This document shows, piece after piece, positions 50,551 to 64,000 of a stretch of DNA of 64,000 bases. A program made the translations under genes and the position numbers. Position 1 is the first letter of the stretch. Each line of letters starts with the position of its first letter. The notes beneath the pieces are model-generated. The model saw only the letters and a list, made by a program, of their open reading frames with translations, was not told the DNA's origin and ran no database searches. This stretch comes from Camelus dromedarius (lineage: Eukaryota): contig NC_087437.1 of the NCBI RefSeq assembly GCF_036321535.1, positions 47,432,001 to 47,496,000 on the forward strand, given 5' to 3'.

Positions 50551-53404
50551 ACCCTTGCATCCTAATTTATAATATGTGTCTTTGAATATAGAAACAATGT
50601 TTTGAATTAGTTACCATCAGGGAAAAGTTTAGTAAAAGCACAGACTTGTGGTAAGTGGACAAAATGCTGTAACAAAGAATGTACCAATTTTGCAAAATTG
50701 GATTGAGGCAAGCTCCTACCAAGCATGTTTTCAATTTCTTGTCAATTTTCTCTTTTCTCTTGAGGTAACAATACTTTGAAGACCCCAGAACCCCATAAAT
50801 GTGCAGAGAGAGATAACAAAACTTTTGTTTGTAAGTGTTTGTTTGTTTTTTACTACACTACAAGCTAGGAAGAGAAATCACCAAAAGGAGAAACTCTGAA
50901 TACAGGTACAAAGATAATTGAGTGCAAGCAGAAATTTCAGGCTGATGTCAGACATTCTATAAGAAAAAGCCACTAGTGACATAAGAAAGACTGAAAGTCT
51001 CCTTAATCCAGGGTCAGTATATTTTATCATTTGGGGATTACTTGTCAAAAAACATTTTCAATGAAGAAAGTGAAGTTTTACCATTAAAGCTATAATTTTT
51101 AATCACATGTAAATTTAAGTCTCAAATGGTTCATGATCCTCAAGAACAACTTTATTCACCTACCCTCAAAATTAGTTTTTCATTGAAGCATGCTATTGTT
51201 TTCAGTAAAAAAAAATTCACAATTTATCACTTTTAACCATCCTGTTAAACATACTAAAAGGCAAATTTTTTCAGGTGAAATGTTCTCAGTAAATGGTACA
51301 GTATTAGCTAATAAATTCAGGAGACAACCACCCCACAGCTTTATATGTGATAGATTTCACCCCATTTATTAATTTTTTCAGTTGCTATTCTGTTCACTGA
51401 AAACTCACCATCTTGTTGAAAATATTTTTGTTTGCACTTTGCAAATAAAACAAATTCACAAATATTCTCATAGTAAATAAAAATAAACAAAAATCAATGA
51501 AAAGCTACATGAATAATATTTGTCTTAACATGTTTGAGTACATGTTTTGAGCATATAAAAATGTGTCCTTCGATGGTAAAGTTCAAAAAGGTCAATTGTT
51601 TCCGCTTAGATACGAATTTTTGAGGTAAAACATATTTTAGCCAAATCTACAGTACCATATTACCACCAAATTTTCTCCTATTCAGTAGCATCATTGTCCA
51701 CAAGAATTCTAAAATTGATTTCAAAGGCAGATTTAATTATTTCATTTCTTGTTAAAAATTTTAGTAATTTTTCTTCATAGTTTGTGTGGTTGGTTTTTAA
51801 AAACCACCGAAAGGTGGGCGGTTTTACACGGCTACTCGGACTTTATCCCCATAAGTCATACTAAAGTTCAAGCTATTTCGCACGTCCATGATAGTAAGAC
51901 TCACGCTTGAAGAAGCATCCGTGGCAGAGACATATCCTGCTCACCAAATATACATGAGCTCCATATTCCTTTACCCTTGCCATTAGATAAGCCCATGTGG
52001 CCAGCTTTGGGCTGGGAAAGAAAACAATGCCTATCATTTCTAACTCAAAGCATTTAACAGCCAGTATGTGATCTAATCTGGAAGCCAGATTTTGGATAAC
52101 AGTCACAATATGGAAATAGATTTGAAACAGAGCTGCCCTGGAGAGTCACTGGACCCACAACTGACTGGTCAAATGAGAAATAGCCACTGTACTATTAAGC
52201 CACTAAGATTTTGAGGTTAATTTGCTACCACACATAACCTAGTATCTGAATATAGTCTACATTTTTTAATTACTGCTGACTCTTACTATTATGATTGGAG
52301 TACTGCTAACTCTTACTTTCTGCTAGTGAGGCAGTCTTCAGGGACAATGCTCACAACCTTTGATCATTTCCCTTATTTTCTTTACTTGAGTATGAGTAAT
52401 TTATGTATTCATAGGTTTTAAGCTTATACATCAAAATTTCACTTGCCACTATCAATAGGTGGCCCTATTTGAAAATACAATTTTAAATATATAATATTGT
52501 ATTTTTAAGAAGAAAAAGAGAGGCATTACAGTAATTTCTAAAGCAGAATTTCAGATGTATTTATATTAAAAGGGAACTCACTGCCATGGAAAGTATAACT
52601 AAGTGAAGTTTCATAGTTATAAACAAACGACTTAATTATGGGAAATTATGTTACCAAGTTGAGATGACTTATGAATAAAATATTTTCTATAATCAATATC
52701 ATAAATAAACAACTACACAAACAAATGCATGCAGGGGTTTGAAAAGAGGTGATCTCATTCTTCAAAATACTAAATGTGTGAGCCTCCACAGGTAGCCTGA
52801 GATATCACACAGCCTAGTTTTAAACACTATTTTGGAGGCAGGGGGAGGGGATGGATGATAGGGAGGAAGTGGGCTCACAGCAAAAATGTTCCCAATTGGG
52901 AGGGGTCAAAGGGGCAAATATATGAGATTTCCTCAATGTTACAGAAGTCCAAATTTCCCAGTAATTCCTGGTGTATAAAAATATTAAAACATACACAAAT
53001 TGAACAAATGTAAAACATAAAATTGGTAAAAAAATTAATAAAACCATGAAAACACAAAACAAGATGACTCCTGATTTTTTTTGTGGATTTATATGACACA
53101 ATATTTTGATAAAAAATATTCACGATTTTCCTCCAAAATCTTCATATAAATTTAATGCTTCAGAAAGATGGGACATGTTAATCCTTTGGTTTAAAGTATC
53201 CTCAGAACACTGATATCTATAATCCCAGGAACAGAATTATGTCAACATGGGAAGCATCACTCTAATTTCCCTAAAGATTATCCTTGTATTATGCTAATAT
53301 ATCTGAACACTTTGAATTTTGACTGATTGTGTAGATTTCTTGTTATCAGTGCTTCCACCTAGAGATATTTTGTTTTTATGCCATCAGTTTACATTAAGGG
53401 ACGT

Positions 53405-53775
53405 CAGTCAGTTCAGGCTGCTATAACAGAACGCCATAGATTGGGTGGATTAAACAATGAAAATTTATTTCTCACAGTTCTGGAGGCTGGGAAATCCAAG
53501 ATCAAGGTGCTGGCAGATTCAGTGTCTGGTAAGAGCCCTCTTCCTGGTTGGCAGATGGCCATCCTCTTGATGTGTCCTCACATGGCGAAGACAGAAAGAG
53601 AGAGCACTCTTTGGTCTTTTCTTGTAAGGGCAAAATTCCCACCATGAGGACCCTGACTCCATGTTCTCATGACCTCATCTAAATTTACTTATCTCCCCAA
53701 AGCCCCACTTCCCAAAATCATATAACATGTATATGATAAACTTTGAAAGGACACAACCACTTAATTTATAACAAA
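53405..53775 (-). mobile_element. MLT1A/MST-type MaLR LTR
   Basis: caggctgctataacag...atttatttctcacagttctggaggctgggaaatccaagatcaaggtgctggcag. Confidence 0.85.
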
Positions 53776-53989
53776 AGGTAACATAAAAAACATTCATATA
53801 GAATTCTTTCAGGCATATTGCTGAGAGCATTTTATATGACTTCATATAATATCCTCTTTATGCATTTCCATGAAATAAATTAAATTTCTTTCATATCTCA
53901 GTTTGAGGTGGGAGGAGGAACAGCTTTCTTTTTCCAACAAAACTTCTTTGTGTTTTAAATTAATAATGCTAAATCTTTTAATTTGATCA

Positions 53990-54530
53990 TTGCGAAGCCA
54001 TTTGCCAAGATGGCCCCCAGTGATCTCCAAGGATCACATTCTTGTGTAGTTTCATCCCACAGTGTAATAGGGTTGGTCTGTGTGACCAACAGAATACTAT
54101 AGAAGTATTGGTATGTCATTTCTGAGACTAGATCATAAAAGGCAATACAGCTTCTTTTCCTGCCTTCTCTCTTAAGTCACTCATTCTCGGAAATCCAGGT
54201 ACCATGTTATAAGGACACCCAGGCAGCCCTGTGCAGAGTCATGGTGAAGAATTAATGCCTTCTGCCAACAGCCAGCCAGGAACCAAGACCATCAGCCTCA
54301 GCCAACTGTCATGTGATGAACTACCTTGGAAATGGATCCTGCAGCCCCACTCAAGCCTTCAAACAACTGCAGCCTTGGCTGACATCTTAACTTCAGCCTT
54401 GTGAGAGACGCTGAGCCAGAACCACCCAGCTCCAGCCCTCCTAGATTCCCGACCCCCAGAGATAATAAATGTTTGGTATTTTAAGCAGCTAAATTTTGAG
54501 GTAACTTGTTATACAATAAAAGATAATTTA
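53990..54530 (+). mobile_element. MLT1F/G-type MaLR LTR
   Basis: agatggcccccagtgatc...gctgacatcttaacttcagccttgtgagagac...aataaatgtttggtattttaagc. Confidence 0.8.
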
Positions 54531-56523
54531 TCAATCTGCTTCCCTCTTTCTTTTGACTGTTAGGAATCCTAGATTCAAACGTGAGGCTCACCTCTAAAAG
54601 TTATGCAGGACTCTCAATGCATTATTTCCTTATTTTTATTTTTCTCATCTCCATTTCCTCTTCTTCTTATTTAATTTTATTACAATATATGCTAAAGCCA
54701 CCTCAGATAGTTTTTATGGGAATGAGGCAAAGTACTTTTTATGACAAAATGAAGAAATATAACCAAAGGAAGATAACAGGATATAAGGAAAGAAGTAAAC
54801 ATTCGATGTTAGACCTAAGTTTGAGGCTTTCTTCAATGTGGAAGAAACAAAGTTATTACCTGTATCACCTGAGGCTTTCTTAAAGGATTTGAACATAAGT
54901 TCTAGGTAGGAAACAAAAATTCAACAAAAATATGTTATTTGAAATGAAGATTATGCTTTTATCCTCTGAGCAGTGATTCCAAACCACCAGACCATAAAAA
55001 TAATTTCACCAATCTGCTAGAAAATGAGAAAAATAAGGACAATGCAGTCAATTTTCCATTAAGTTAAATTTATTTAACTAAAATTTGACTCTTTATACTG
55101 AAACTATGTTTTTTCTAATCTTGATGTATCTTTTTTTAAAATATGATAATGATAGTGTATTGTGGTGTTTTTTTAATGTTCCTAACCATACAATTTCTCC
55201 ATTTCTCCCAAAACTTACTTGTTTTTGTCTTATTAAATGTTCCCTGTGTGTGAAATCTCCAAGGGCAGAAACCACTGCTCCTGGAGAGGTACTGAAGGAA
55301 GGGTGGGGAGGTGGCAAGGCAGCACACAAATCTCAAGGCCGGAGAATGTTTGAGGGAGAAAAACATACATATTTTCAATATACCCTTTGTTTTTATAACA
55401 CTAACTCCAGAGAGAGAACTCAACCAATATGCATCTCAACCCCCTCCACCCTCAACCTGGCTTAATTTTGATGTTCCAGAGCAGTAGACAGGGTCCTACC
55501 TTTGCACCTTGGACCTGTAGAGATAATACAAGAGATTATCCAATCCTTTTGCTCACTTAACATGATGTATAGTCTGAATAGTATCTCCAGATAATGTATG
55601 TACTATGTTCCAAATGTAAAGAAGTGCTAGGCATAACTAATCAAATTCCATTCAAAGTGGTCTAAATTCATGGCAGGTTTTTATATGTGTGTCATCTTCT
55701 AATTACTAGATACAAAAATATAATTACTATGAGATGGGCATCATAAATTGTTTTAGGTTTTTAATAAGGGCCCTTCAATAGTGGGGAACTGGTGCTAAAT
55801 AAATGTCTTTGGATAGGTTTTAGGGGCTTGAAAGTAGAAAATAGAAAAGGAAGAATGAAGTGCTTAAATCTTCTTTCCCATTATACAAACTCCTGGGAAA
55901 GGTTCTTAACAGGGATAGAGTCTCAACCTAACACATAACTTTTTATTTCCTTTATCAGGTTAAGTGGATCCTTGTGCTATCCCTAAATGAAGTAAAATGC
56001 CTCACTTTTAAAGGTGAAACTTCCTTTTTTTCAGATTATCTGAAGAATGTGTTCATTAAGTCTAACATCCTAGTTATGAGACAATAATAAGACCAATTTC
56101 CATAAACCACTCTAGAAACTCAATAATTACTTCATAAAAAGGAGCTCCAGTTTCCACAAGTACTGTAAGTAGATGGTTATAGCCTGCAACTTATCAAAGA
56201 TGAGTCAGGATATTCTGCAGCTCCTGCGGTGTTCTGAATATTTAAACATGCCTCTAGTACATACTGTACCTTCCATTTCATTTTATCTACCCCCAGCTTT
56301 AGGCTTCCTTGTGAAAAACTGTGTATCATGAACTTACATCTTTCCCAATACTGGATATTGAATCCTTTTAATGACAGAAACACTTGTTCAGACTTAATCT
56401 ACCAGGTCTTTTTTTTTTTTTTTTAAATTCTGAGAGGATGAGGATATGTTTGAAATGATTCTGCTATCTTTTAACAGATGGACTGAAAAGAAAAATGGCA
56501 AGCAGTTAACCTTCCTTATTTCT

Positions 56524-56671
56524 TTCTTTTTTTTTTTTTTTTTTTTTGGCAGTGGGGAGGTAATTAGGTTTATTCATTTTTTTTTTTTTCAGTGGAGGTA
56601 CTGGGGATTGCACCCACGACCTCCTGCATGCTAAGCACACACTCTACACTGAGCTATATGCTACCCCCCAG
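56524..56671 (-). mobile_element. tRNA-derived SINE (same family), full length with TSD
   Basis: Same head sequence, poly(T) on the + strand, and a 14-bp TSD CCTTCCTTATTTCT (56510-56523, 56672-56685). Confidence 0.9.
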
Positions 56672-57799
56672 CCTTCCTTATTTCTCCAACAACTCTTTTA
56701 CTGTAATTTCCCTCCCTGTTCAGGAACTGTTCTGTAAGCAAGGTTTGCATTTCCCTCAAATCTAGAGCATAAATAAAGTTCAGCAAAGTAAGTAGCATAA
56801 AAAAATCACTGCAACTTAGAGATGGAAAGGACACACACACACACACACACACACACAAAGCCCATCTAAAGTCTTGAATTTATAAAAGAGGAAAGTAAGG
56901 CCCATGTGTCTCGACTGTCATACCATCACTTATAACAGGAGCTAAAATTCAGGTCCCCCCACAGGAGCTCGGAGTTTCTTGTATGTAGGAATTCATGGTG
57001 TTTGATAGTACAACTGGATGGAGAATTGGGGACAGGAAGAAAGATCAAATATTCTAATAAGAGATGTCAATTCTAATTTGGTAACTCCCACAGGAAACTC
57101 CAAGAGGCCTTAAGCCTGGAAAGGCAGGAAGTCCTCCTTCCGGAGTCTCCTCCATCACAGCAAGTGCTGGCTTCAAAAGCAATTTAATTTTACATTTGCC
57201 TTGAAAGTCTAGTGATGATGTCATGGCAGACCTACCCAGTCAACACTTTCTTCAGGGCCACAGGTTTTCTAAAGTGAAATAAAAACCAAAGCAGTATTTT
57301 CCTTTGCACAGAATAAAAAAGAAAGGGAATGAGATGGAGGGAGAAAGAGAGAATGACATTATGATAGGCAGATGACAATTAGAGTCAGTGAATAAATTAA
57401 ATGGTATTTTCTGACCTTAATTTACTTAGGGTTTTTTTTAATTATCAAGAAATGATACAGTCTATGTCATTTTTAAACATTAAAAGTCATCATTAAGTAA
57501 ATGTTAATGAACTTTGAGCAGATGGAGTACAGGAACCCAGGAGACAGTAACATAGGTGTTCCAGATTGCACCATGTTCTATTGCACTACCTTAGAGTGTT
57601 CTTAATTTTTAAAGTAATATTAGTTACCTTTTATACCCACGATTCCATGAATTTTATATCAGATTATTTCACTGACTTAGCTTTAATATATAGACTCTAA
57701 TCTGAATACTCATTACTATTAAATAATACCATCATTATGACACTTTCCCACTTTTTATTCAAATTTTAATTATGGCTTAAATTTTAAAATGAAATATGA

Positions 57800-57925
57800 A
57801 TGCTTAGCATGCACAAAGTCCTGGGTTCAATCCCCAGTACCTCCTCTAAAAATGAATAAACCTAATTACCTCCCCCCAAAATAAAATAATTAAATATAAT
57901 AATAAATAAATGAAATATTTTTTAA
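57800..57925 (+). mobile_element. 5'-truncated tRNA-derived SINE (same family)
   Basis: tgcttagcatgcacaaagtcctgggttcaatccccagtacctcc...cctaattacctcccccc with an A-rich tail, flanked by aaaatgaaat(a/g)tgaa. Confidence 0.8.
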
Positions 57926-57994
57926 AATAAAATGAAATGTGAAGGGCAGTACTCCTAAAAAACCAACAGAATATCATGTTAATTAAAAACAACA

Positions 57995-59065
57995 TTACAA
58001 AGAAGCTATATGAAAGGCCGACAGATACATGAGAAGATGCTCAGCATCACTAGTCACAGGGAAATGTAAATTAAAACCATAATGAGATATCACCTCGCAA
58101 CTGTTAGAATGGTCATCATCAAAAAGACAACAGATAACAAATACTGGTGTAGATGTGGAGAAAAGGGGACCCTTGTGTACTGTTGGTGGGATTGTAAATT
58201 GGTGCAAACAGTATGGAGGATTGTAAAATGGAAAACAGTATGGACAACCTTCAAAAAATTAAAAATAGAAGTATCATGTGATCTAGTAATTCCATTTTGG
58301 GGGGATAGGAATATATCCAAAGGAAACAAAAACACCAACTCAAAAAGATATCTGCACCTCCATGTTCATAGCAGCACTATTTATAATAGCCAAGACATTA
58401 TATACATATTATATATTTATATTATCTATAATGTGAGATATAGACATTATAAATCTATTATATAATGTGAGATATATAGATACATCTAATGGAATATTAT
58501 TCATCCATAAAAATGAGGAAATCCTACAATTTGTGACAACATGGATGGACCCTGAGGGCATTATGCTAAGTAAGATTAGACAGAGAAAGACAGATACTGT
58601 ATGATCCCATTTATATGTGTATCTTAAAACAAAACCAAATAAAATAAAATGAAGCAAAAGAACCAAATTTCTAGAAAAGGAGATCAGACTTCTGATAACC
58701 AGAGATAGAGGGTATAGGGAGGGGGAATTGGAGGAAGGTGGTCAAAATGTACAGTCTTTTAGTTATAAGATAAATAAATACTAGGGATATAATATACAAC
58801 AAGATAACTGTAGCCAACACTGCTCTACAATATACAGGGAAGTTGTTAAAGATGGTAAATTCTGAGAGTTCTCATTACAAACAGAAAATTTTTTTCCTTT
58901 TTTCTTTTCTCCTTTCTTTCCTTTTTATTATTTCTGTATGAGAGAATGGATGTTAGCTTAACTTATTGTGGTAATTACTTCACAATATATGTAGCCATCA
59001 TGCTGTACACTTTAAAATTACACACAGATATATGCCAATTATTTTTCAATAAACCTAGGGAAAAA
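57995..59065 (+). mobile_element. 5'-truncated L1 (ORF2 C-terminus and 3' UTR)
   Basis: ORF fragment MRYHLATVRMVIIKKTTDNKYWCRCGEKGTLVYCWW is the L1 ORF2 C-terminal cysteine-rich region. It ends caataaacctagggaaaaa, and cattacaa lies on both flanks. Confidence 0.9.
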
Positions 59066-59086
59066 GCATTACAACATCAACTTTAT

Positions 59087-59104
59087 TACACTAGATGGCA
59101 GCAA
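59087..59104 (+). promoter_or_regulatory. Candidate CTCF site
   Basis: ACACTAGATGGCAGCA closely matches the CTCF core CCASYAGRKGGCRS. Confidence 0.5.
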
Positions 59105-60069
59105 ATAATTAGAAGGGCCAAATAAAGGAAATTTTGGAGTATCACATAAATATTGAAGCACTGGAGTTAGTAGTGCCATAAAGGTAATATTTCAGAAGGA
59201 AAAACAAAACCTGGCTGACTCCTGAACATTCTTAAAGATTTATCATTTCCTTATTCCTTCATTCAACAAACATCAACAAAGTATGAAACAAATACTTAGA
59301 CTATTACCAAGTGCTATGGGAGTACTTCCTCTACGCCGATTTTATAATTCTTAGATACCATGTTAGGACTTACTTTATTGCTCTTCTACAGGTAAGACCT
59401 ATGTTTTGGTGTTTCAAGACTCTCTCTTTACTGTATAACTTTGATACAAAGTAGGCTCTCAGATTTTACATTCAGTTACTTGCTAGTTTCCAGTCATAAC
59501 ATGCACTCTCATACCTCTTTAGTTTTTCATGTTATTCTCTGTTGTTCTGTATATCTGGAATTATGCCCAACTCCCTGCTAAACACACACACCCGTACACA
59601 CACACACACACAGACACATACACACAGAGAACGCACACACACACCACCCCTTACAAGTGCTTTCCCTTTGCCTAACCTTCAGTGACCATTGTAAGCACAT
59701 CAGAGTTCACTCTTGTATGTGCTCATGGCATTCTGAGAACGCCTCTAACTGTGAGGAGTTCTGTGTTAAATTTGACTGTCTCCTCCACTAGACTACGAGC
59801 AGTATGTTATATTTTTATATAGCCACTACAGCACAGTTTCTCTCACAGAGTAGGCCTTCTGTAAAAATTTGTTGAGTGGTTTAGCTGTGTTACAGAAATC
59901 AAGCTTCTATGTTAGAGGTCTGCTTATGACTTAACAAATTTAAGTGCCAATATCTTATTATTTGATGTTGCAGCATATTGATAAGACTTGTAAAAGTGGC
60001 CAAAATGCCTGAAGTCCCTCCAAAACAGATTCAAGGTTCATGATAAGACACTGTTGTATAATACTAACA

Positions 60070-62447
60070 TAGGCACGCATCGGAGATGTCGCAAGTTTGG
60101 TGTCTGACCACTGCAATAAAGCAAGTATCACAACAAAGCGAGTTATGTTGATTTTTTTGGTTTCCCAGTAGATACAAAAGTTTGGTTTACACAATACTGT
60201 AGCTTATTACATGTGCAATACCATTATGTCTAAAAAAAGCAATATACATATCTTAATTAAAAACTTTATTGCTAAAAAATGCTAACCATCATTTGAGCCT
60301 TCAGTGAGTCAATCTTTTTTGCTGGTGGAGGATCTTGCCTCGATGTTGATGGCGGCTGACTGATCAGGGTGGCGGTTGCTGAAGACTGGGATGGCTGTGA
60401 CAATTTCTTAAAATAAGACAACAGTGAAGTTTGCCACCTCTATTGACTATCCTTTTCAAAAATGATTTCTCTGTAGCATGCATTGTTGTTTGATAGCATT
60501 TTACCCACAGTAGAACTTCTTTCAAAATTGGGATCAGTCCTCTCAGACCCTGCCACTACTTTATCAATGAAATTTATGTAATATTCTAAACCTTTGTTGT
60601 CATTTCAATAATCTTCACAGCATTTACACCAGGACTAGTTTCCATCTTAAGAAACCACTTTCTTTGCTTATCCTAAGAGGCAGCTCCTCATTCATTCAAG
60701 TTTTATCATGAGATGGCAGAAGTTCAGTCACATCTTTAGGCTCCACTTCTAATTCTAGTTCTCTTGCTATTTTCACCACATCTGTAGTTAATTCCTCCTC
60801 TGAAGTCTTGAACCCCTCAAAGTCAACCATAAGGGTTGGAATCAACTTTTTCCAAACTCTTATTATTAATGTTGCTTTTTTGACCTCTTTCTGTAAATCA
60901 CAGATGTTCTTAATGGCACCTGGAACGATGAATCCTTTCTAGGAGGTTTTCAATTTACTTTGCCCAGCTCTTCAGAGGAACCACTATCTATGGCAGCTAT
61001 AGAATTTAGAAAATGCATTTCTTAAATAATAGAACTTGAAAATCAAAACTATTCCTTGATCCACAGGCTATAGAACGGATGTTTTATTAGCAGGCACGAA
61101 AAAATATGTCTCATTGGAGATCTCCATTGGAGCTCCTAGGCGACCAGGTGCATTGTCAATGGGCAGTAGTATTTTGAAAGAAATCTTTTTTTCTGAGCAG
61201 CAGATCTCAAAATTGGGCTTAAAATATTCAGTAAACCACGTTGTAAACAAACGTGCTGTCATCCAGGCCCTGCTGTCCCAGCAGAGACAGAGGAGGTTTT
61301 GCATCATTCTTAAAGGCCCTAGTCTTTGGGGAATGGTAAATGAGCTTTGGCTTCAACTTAAAGTCACCAGCTGCATAGCCCTCGTAAGAGTCACCCTGTC
61401 CTTTGAAGCTCTGAAGCCAAGCAGTGACTTCTCCTCTCTAGTTATGAAAATCCTAGATATCTTCTTCCAATACAAGGCTGTTTTAGCTACATTGAAAATC
61501 TGTTTAGTGGAGCCACCTTCTTGATCTTAGCAAGATCTTCTGGATAACTTGCTACAGCTTTTGCATCAGCATTTGCTGCCTCACCCTGTACTCTTATGTT
61601 GTGGAGATGACTTCTTTCCTTAAACCTCATGAACCAAACTATTCTATCTTCAAACCTTTCTTCTGCAGCTTCCTCACCTCTCTCAGCCGTTACAGAATTA
61701 AAGAGAGTTAGGTTCTTGCTCTGGATTAGGCTTTGGCTTGATGGAATGTTGTGGCTGGTTTGATCTTGTATCAGATTGCTAAAACTGTCTCCATAAAAGC
61801 AAAAAGGCTGTTTCACTCTCTTATTATTCATGTGCTCACTGGAGTAGCACTTCTAATTTCCTTCAAGAACTTTTTCACAACTTGGCTAATTAGTACATAA
61901 GGCCTAGCTTTGGGCCTATCTTGACTTTTGACATGCCTTTTTCACTAAGCCTAATCATTTAGAGTTTTTGATTTAGAGTGAGAGATGTTCAACTCTTCCT
62001 TTCACTTGAACACTTAGCGGTCACTGTAGGATTATTAATTGACCTAATTTCAACGTTACTGTGTCTCAGCGAATAGGCAGGCCTGACGAGAGGGAGAGAG
62101 ACTAGGGAACAGCCAGTCCATGGAACAGTCAGAACACATACAACGTTTATCCATTAAGTTTGCTGTCTTATATGTGTGTGATTCATGGTACCCTAAAACA
62201 ATTGCAATAATAACATTAAAGATCATGGACCATCAATCACCACCACAAATATAATAATAATAAAGTTTGAAATCTTGCAAGAATTGCCAAAATGTGACAA
62301 AGAGACATGGAGTGAGCAAATGCTGTTAGAAAAATTGCACCAAGAGACTTACTTGACACACAGTTGCCACAAACCTTCTATTTATCAGGGGGAAAAAAAA
62401 AAAAAAAAAGCAATGTCTGCAAAGCGTGATAAAATGAGGTATGCCTA
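60070..62447 (-). mobile_element. Near-full-length Tigger1 (TcMar-Tigger) DNA transposon with a dead transposase
   Basis: About 2.38 kb with degenerate TIRs (taggcacgcatc / gaggtatgccta). Transposase fragments 61487-61831 (CENP-B HTH region, [10 protein letters not shown]...WFMRFKERS) and 61068-61307 (DDE, AWMTARLF...KILLPIDNAPG) are broken by stops and frameshifts. Confidence 0.93.
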
Positions 62448-64000
62448 TGCTAAGGAGAAATATGAGGTGGAGGAGGAGAAGCAGAAAAGGGAAAAAATGA
62501 GAATAAAGAGGAGAAGAAAATAGAGAAGGTGAAGCAGATGGAGAAGAAAAGACAGGCAACACTGTGCCAGGCACCATTCTAAGCAATTTATCTCATTAAA
62601 TCTGTATAACAACCCCAGGTAGGTACCATTAATATGCCCATTTTACAAAAGAGGCTCTTAGCATTTGAAAAACATACTCGAAATAACAGACAGCAGGAAT
62701 GGAGTCTACAATGATTCTACTGACCTTCAGCTTCGTCTGAAAACTACTGTCAGACTAATGCAACACTCAATCCACTTGTTATACAAACAATATGTAAGTT
62801 TTCTTAGCACAGTCTTATAACTTCTTGGCTTGTCTATCATACAGTTTTGGGAACAGAAGAATTCAAATTCAAGTAAAACAGTGTAGAATAACCACTGAGT
62901 ATGTCTTACTTACAACATATTAGAAATCTTTGTCAAAGATGGTATGGATTAAGGAACTTGATTACTGATGATAGTTGATGAAATTGTGAACAAAAGAACA
63001 AACACCTCTAAAATATATTCATATATCTCTTCCTCTTCAGGGATATTTAATCTTCTCCTTTCACTTTACTTTTCTTGATTCCTGTAGCAGACCTTAGCCT
63101 TTGTTTTCCTCCTCTTCCCTGACCTCACTCCCAGAACCTGTATCCCCTTCCATCTCTTTGACTTTTTTTCAACTATCCTGAATCCAAAAAAAATGAAACT
63201 CAAGGGAATTAGAGACAATGCAGTGAGGGAAAAAAACAAAACTTAAACAAATAAAGATTACTAATGTCCTGTGAAATGACAGAAGACAGGGCATCTATGA
63301 AACAAGAACAGAATACTAAAAAAAGAACATACAGTATCACTTACATTCTTTTTCCTTCATTAGAAGCATGTCATTAAGCCCAGTCTATACTCAAAGGAAA
63401 GGTTATTAGGCTCTACTTTATGATGAAAGTATCAAAGAATTTGTGGAAATACTTTGAACCAACACACAAGAAGGAAAAAATAGCTCTAGGAAATTATAAA
63501 TAGAGTCAAAGCAAGACCATCAAAATAAAAATTTAACATGCACATTAAAAAGTCAACTTGAAAAAAGTTGACAAAAAAGTCAGAGACGGCGCTTGGAAAC
63601 TTATAATTTAAAAATTCCACTCTGGAATCTTTTAGGATCTCCTCTTTATTTCTGGTGTTACCATGTTTTAGTTGGGGTCATTTTTTATACTTTGTGCTAG
63701 GCAGTAGGGAAACTCTTTTATGAAGTTAGGGATTTGTGTCCTTCAATTCTGGAAAAAAAATTTATTTAATTATTCCCTCTTTCCTTTGTTCCTTCTTCCT
63801 GATATTCCAATTAGTTGGGAATTTGAGAATCTGGATTAAAGGTCTATTTTTTCTTACAGTAACCAAGCACCACCTATCTGGTAATCAAATTTAATTCATT
63901 TGCATGGGGACTAAAAATCTTTATATCTACTAAGTTCCCCAGGTATTTTTAAAGATTAGTCAAGTTCGGAAACCATCTTAAACCAGTGAGGTTTAAGAGT

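Noticed and set aside
50600..53150. AT-rich region that may be an old hAT transposase remnant
   Set aside because: I could not recover convincing termini or a recognisable protein motif by eye. It needs a Dfam search.
61068..61831. Transposase ORFs as a TIGD-like host gene
   Set aside because: Fragmented by stops and frameshifts and enclosed by Tigger1 TIRs.
1..64000. Prokaryotic-type systems (CRISPR arrays, operons, defence islands) or a second protein-coding gene
   Set aside because: No regularly spaced repeat-spacer arrays. The remaining short ORFs map to transposon remnants, antisense shadows of ZMAT3 exons or random sequence.

Overview
This is mammalian genomic DNA, not prokaryotic. 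It is probably camelid, judging from four tRNA-derived SINEs resembling Vic-1 and no obvious Alu, Bov-A/BovB, PRE1 or SINEC. The window holds one complete protein-coding gene, ZMAT3 (Wig-1/PAG608, a p53-induced matrin-type zinc-finger RNA-binding protein), on the minus strand. Non-coding exon 1 lies in a CpG island, with its donor at 46663. The coding exons are 43147-42878, 27225-27106, 24778-24612, 24490-24390 and 22485-22274: 870 nt, or 289 aa plus stop, with all introns GT-AG. The 3' UTR is long and repeat-poor (about 7-9 kb) with several candidate poly(A) signals, and intron 1 carries a perfect p53 response element (45234-45253). Most of the remainder is transposable-element debris: L1, L2, MIR, MaLR/ERVL, an ERV1 solo LTR, MER5, MER96B, a near-full-length Tigger1 and SINEs. 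I found no evidence for a new multi-gene system. The most interesting observations are candidate post-transcriptional control features of ZMAT3: an overlapping uORF, cryptic splice sites that would introduce immediate stops, a U1 site beside the proximal poly(A) signal, an intronic fold-back transposon, and a young sense L1 next to exon 3. Repeat subfamily names come from recall of consensus sequences, and most repeat boundaries are approximate.
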